Origin: an uncultured bacterium | Lineage (GTDB): Bacteria; Edwardsbacteria; AC1; EtOH8 | Length of the DNA: 64,000 nucleotides | Assembly (NCBI GenBank): GCA_963780225.1 | Contig: CAWAAX010000003.1 | Span: forward strand, 24,193 to 88,192 | Reading direction: 5' to 3' | In this document: positions 63,083 through 64,000 of the stretch, piece after piece | Numbering within the stretch: the stretch's first letter is position 1 | Layout: each line of letters begins with the position of its first letter | The notes under the pieces: generated by a model | Database searches by the model: none | The model's input: only the letters and a program-made list of their open reading frames with translations | What the model was told of the DNA's origin: nothing | Made by a program: the position numbers and the translations under genes

Positions 63083-63463
63083 ATGGCCGAAAGAAACCAG
63101 GTATACAAATGCGAGATCTGCGGCAATATCGTGGAAGTGCTGCACGGCGGCAAGGGCGAGCTGGTCTGCTGCGGCAAGCCTATGAAGCTTTTCACCGAGA
63201 ACACCGTGGATGCCGCCAAGGAAAAACACGTTCCGGTGATAGAAAAAATGGCCGGCGGCTGGAAGGTCAAGGTCGGCTCGGTGGCGCACCCCATGGAGGA
63301 CAAGCACCACATCGAGTGGATCGCCATCTACGGCGGGGACCGGGTCCACCGCAAGTACCTTAAGCCCGGCGAGGCCCCGGAAGCCGAGTTCCAGTGCCCG
63401 GCCAAGGAGATCACCGCCAAGGAATTCTGCAACCTTCACGGCCTGTGGTCGGCCAAAGAATGA
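63083..63463 (+). CDS. dfx: Desulfoferrodoxin (superoxide reductase, 2Fe type)
   Basis: N-terminal desulforedoxin [10 protein letters not shown]...CCG, and the neelaredoxin-type [12 protein letters not shown] and C-terminal C..HGLW. Confidence 0.9.
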   Translation: MAERNQVYKCEICGNIVEVLHGGKGELVCCGKPMKLFTENTVDAAKEKHVPVIEKMAGGWKVKVGSVAHPMEDKHHIEWIAIYGGDRVHRKYLKPGEAPEAEFQCPAKEITAKEFCNLHGLWSAKE

Positions 63464-63635
63464 CCCTATTAGGAAACCAGGAATGCAGGAGATACTAATT
63501 TTGCGTACGTGGTTTCTCAAATAATCACAATCCAATGTATTGTCGGGTAAAAAATTGTCAATATCAGGAATTCTTGAATACAACAAGTTCATGTTTTCCT
63601 GGCTTCCTTATGAAATATCAAACCAAGGAGACAAA

Positions 63636-64000
63636 ATGAAAAGCATCAAAGGGTCCAAGACTGAGAAGAACCTGCTTAAATCATTCGCCGGGGAGTCCCA
63701 GGCCCGCAACCGCTACACCTATTTCGCCAGCGCCGCCCGCAAGGAGGGTTTTGAGCAGATAGCCAACTTCTTCATGGAAACGGCGGAGAACGAGAAGGAA
63801 CATGCCAAGGTGTTCTTTAAATTCCTGGAGGGCGGAGAACTGGATATCACCGCCGCCTACCCGGCCGGAAAGATCGGCAGCACCAAGGAGAATCTGGAGG
63901 CAGCAGCGGCCGGAGAGAACATGGAATGGACCACCATCTACGCCGACTTCGCCAAGACCGCCCGGGACGAGGGCTTTGAGGACGCGGCGGTGGCCTTTGA
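63636..64000 (+). CDS. rbr: Rubrerythrin (3'-truncated by the window end)
   Basis: TEKNLLKSFAGESQARNRYTYFA...ENEKEHAKVF diiron four-helix motifs; RBS AAGGAG. Confidence 0.9.
   Translation, partial: MKSIKGSKTEKNLLKSFAGESQARNRYTYFASAARKEGFEQIANFFMETAENEKEHAKVFFKFLEGGELDITAAYPAGKIGSTKENLEAAAAGENMEWTTIYADFAKTARDEGFEDAAVAF

Noticed and set aside
62371-63327. 318-aa minus-strand ORF
   Set aside because: It is antisense to trxB and to desulfoferrodoxin, both of which have textbook motifs. It also crosses an intergenic region.

Overview
This is a 64-kb chromosomal window with moderately high GC, taken from an uncultured-looking anaerobic bacterium. T9SS-type C-terminal sorting domains, a PorV-like porin, rubrerythrin and desulfoferrodoxin suggest an FCB-superphylum-like lineage. 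That placement is inference only, because no marker rRNA or tRNA is present. All calls rest on motif recognition by eye; no searches or alignments were run.

Most of the window is housekeeping:
- transport and envelope: zupT, lolD-like/lptB, ftsE
- metabolism and repair: pepF, glgP, an M16 protease pair, kbl-like, acpS, nnr, pdxA
- regulation: two ECF sigma/anti-sigma modules
- a thioredoxin / oxidative-stress cluster

Several short AT-rich accessory insertions interrupt this backbone:
- a Fic gene with phased GGACAT iterons
- a tcmP + Gp37/Gp68 (DUF5131) gene pair lodged in the 3' end of an M42 peptidase gene, with a duplicated gene end and 19-bp flanking repeats
- a DUF3800 gene next to a promoter/terminator-defined small-RNA candidate
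- an Abi_C gene wedged between acpS and nnr
- a four-helix-bundle (rRNA-IVS-type) gene bracketed by a 9-bp direct repeat
- a low-GC methyltransferase

The most unusual non-coding signals are a roughly 220-265-nt structured repeat present three times with no conserved reading frame, and a roughly 41-nt tandem repeat array. An orphan RRE-radical SAM/SPASM maturase is also present with no visible precursor gene. Three genes (M42 peptidase, an NAD-dependent epimerase, nnr) carry frameshifts that are either real decay or assembly indels. No CRISPR array, rRNA or tRNA was seen.
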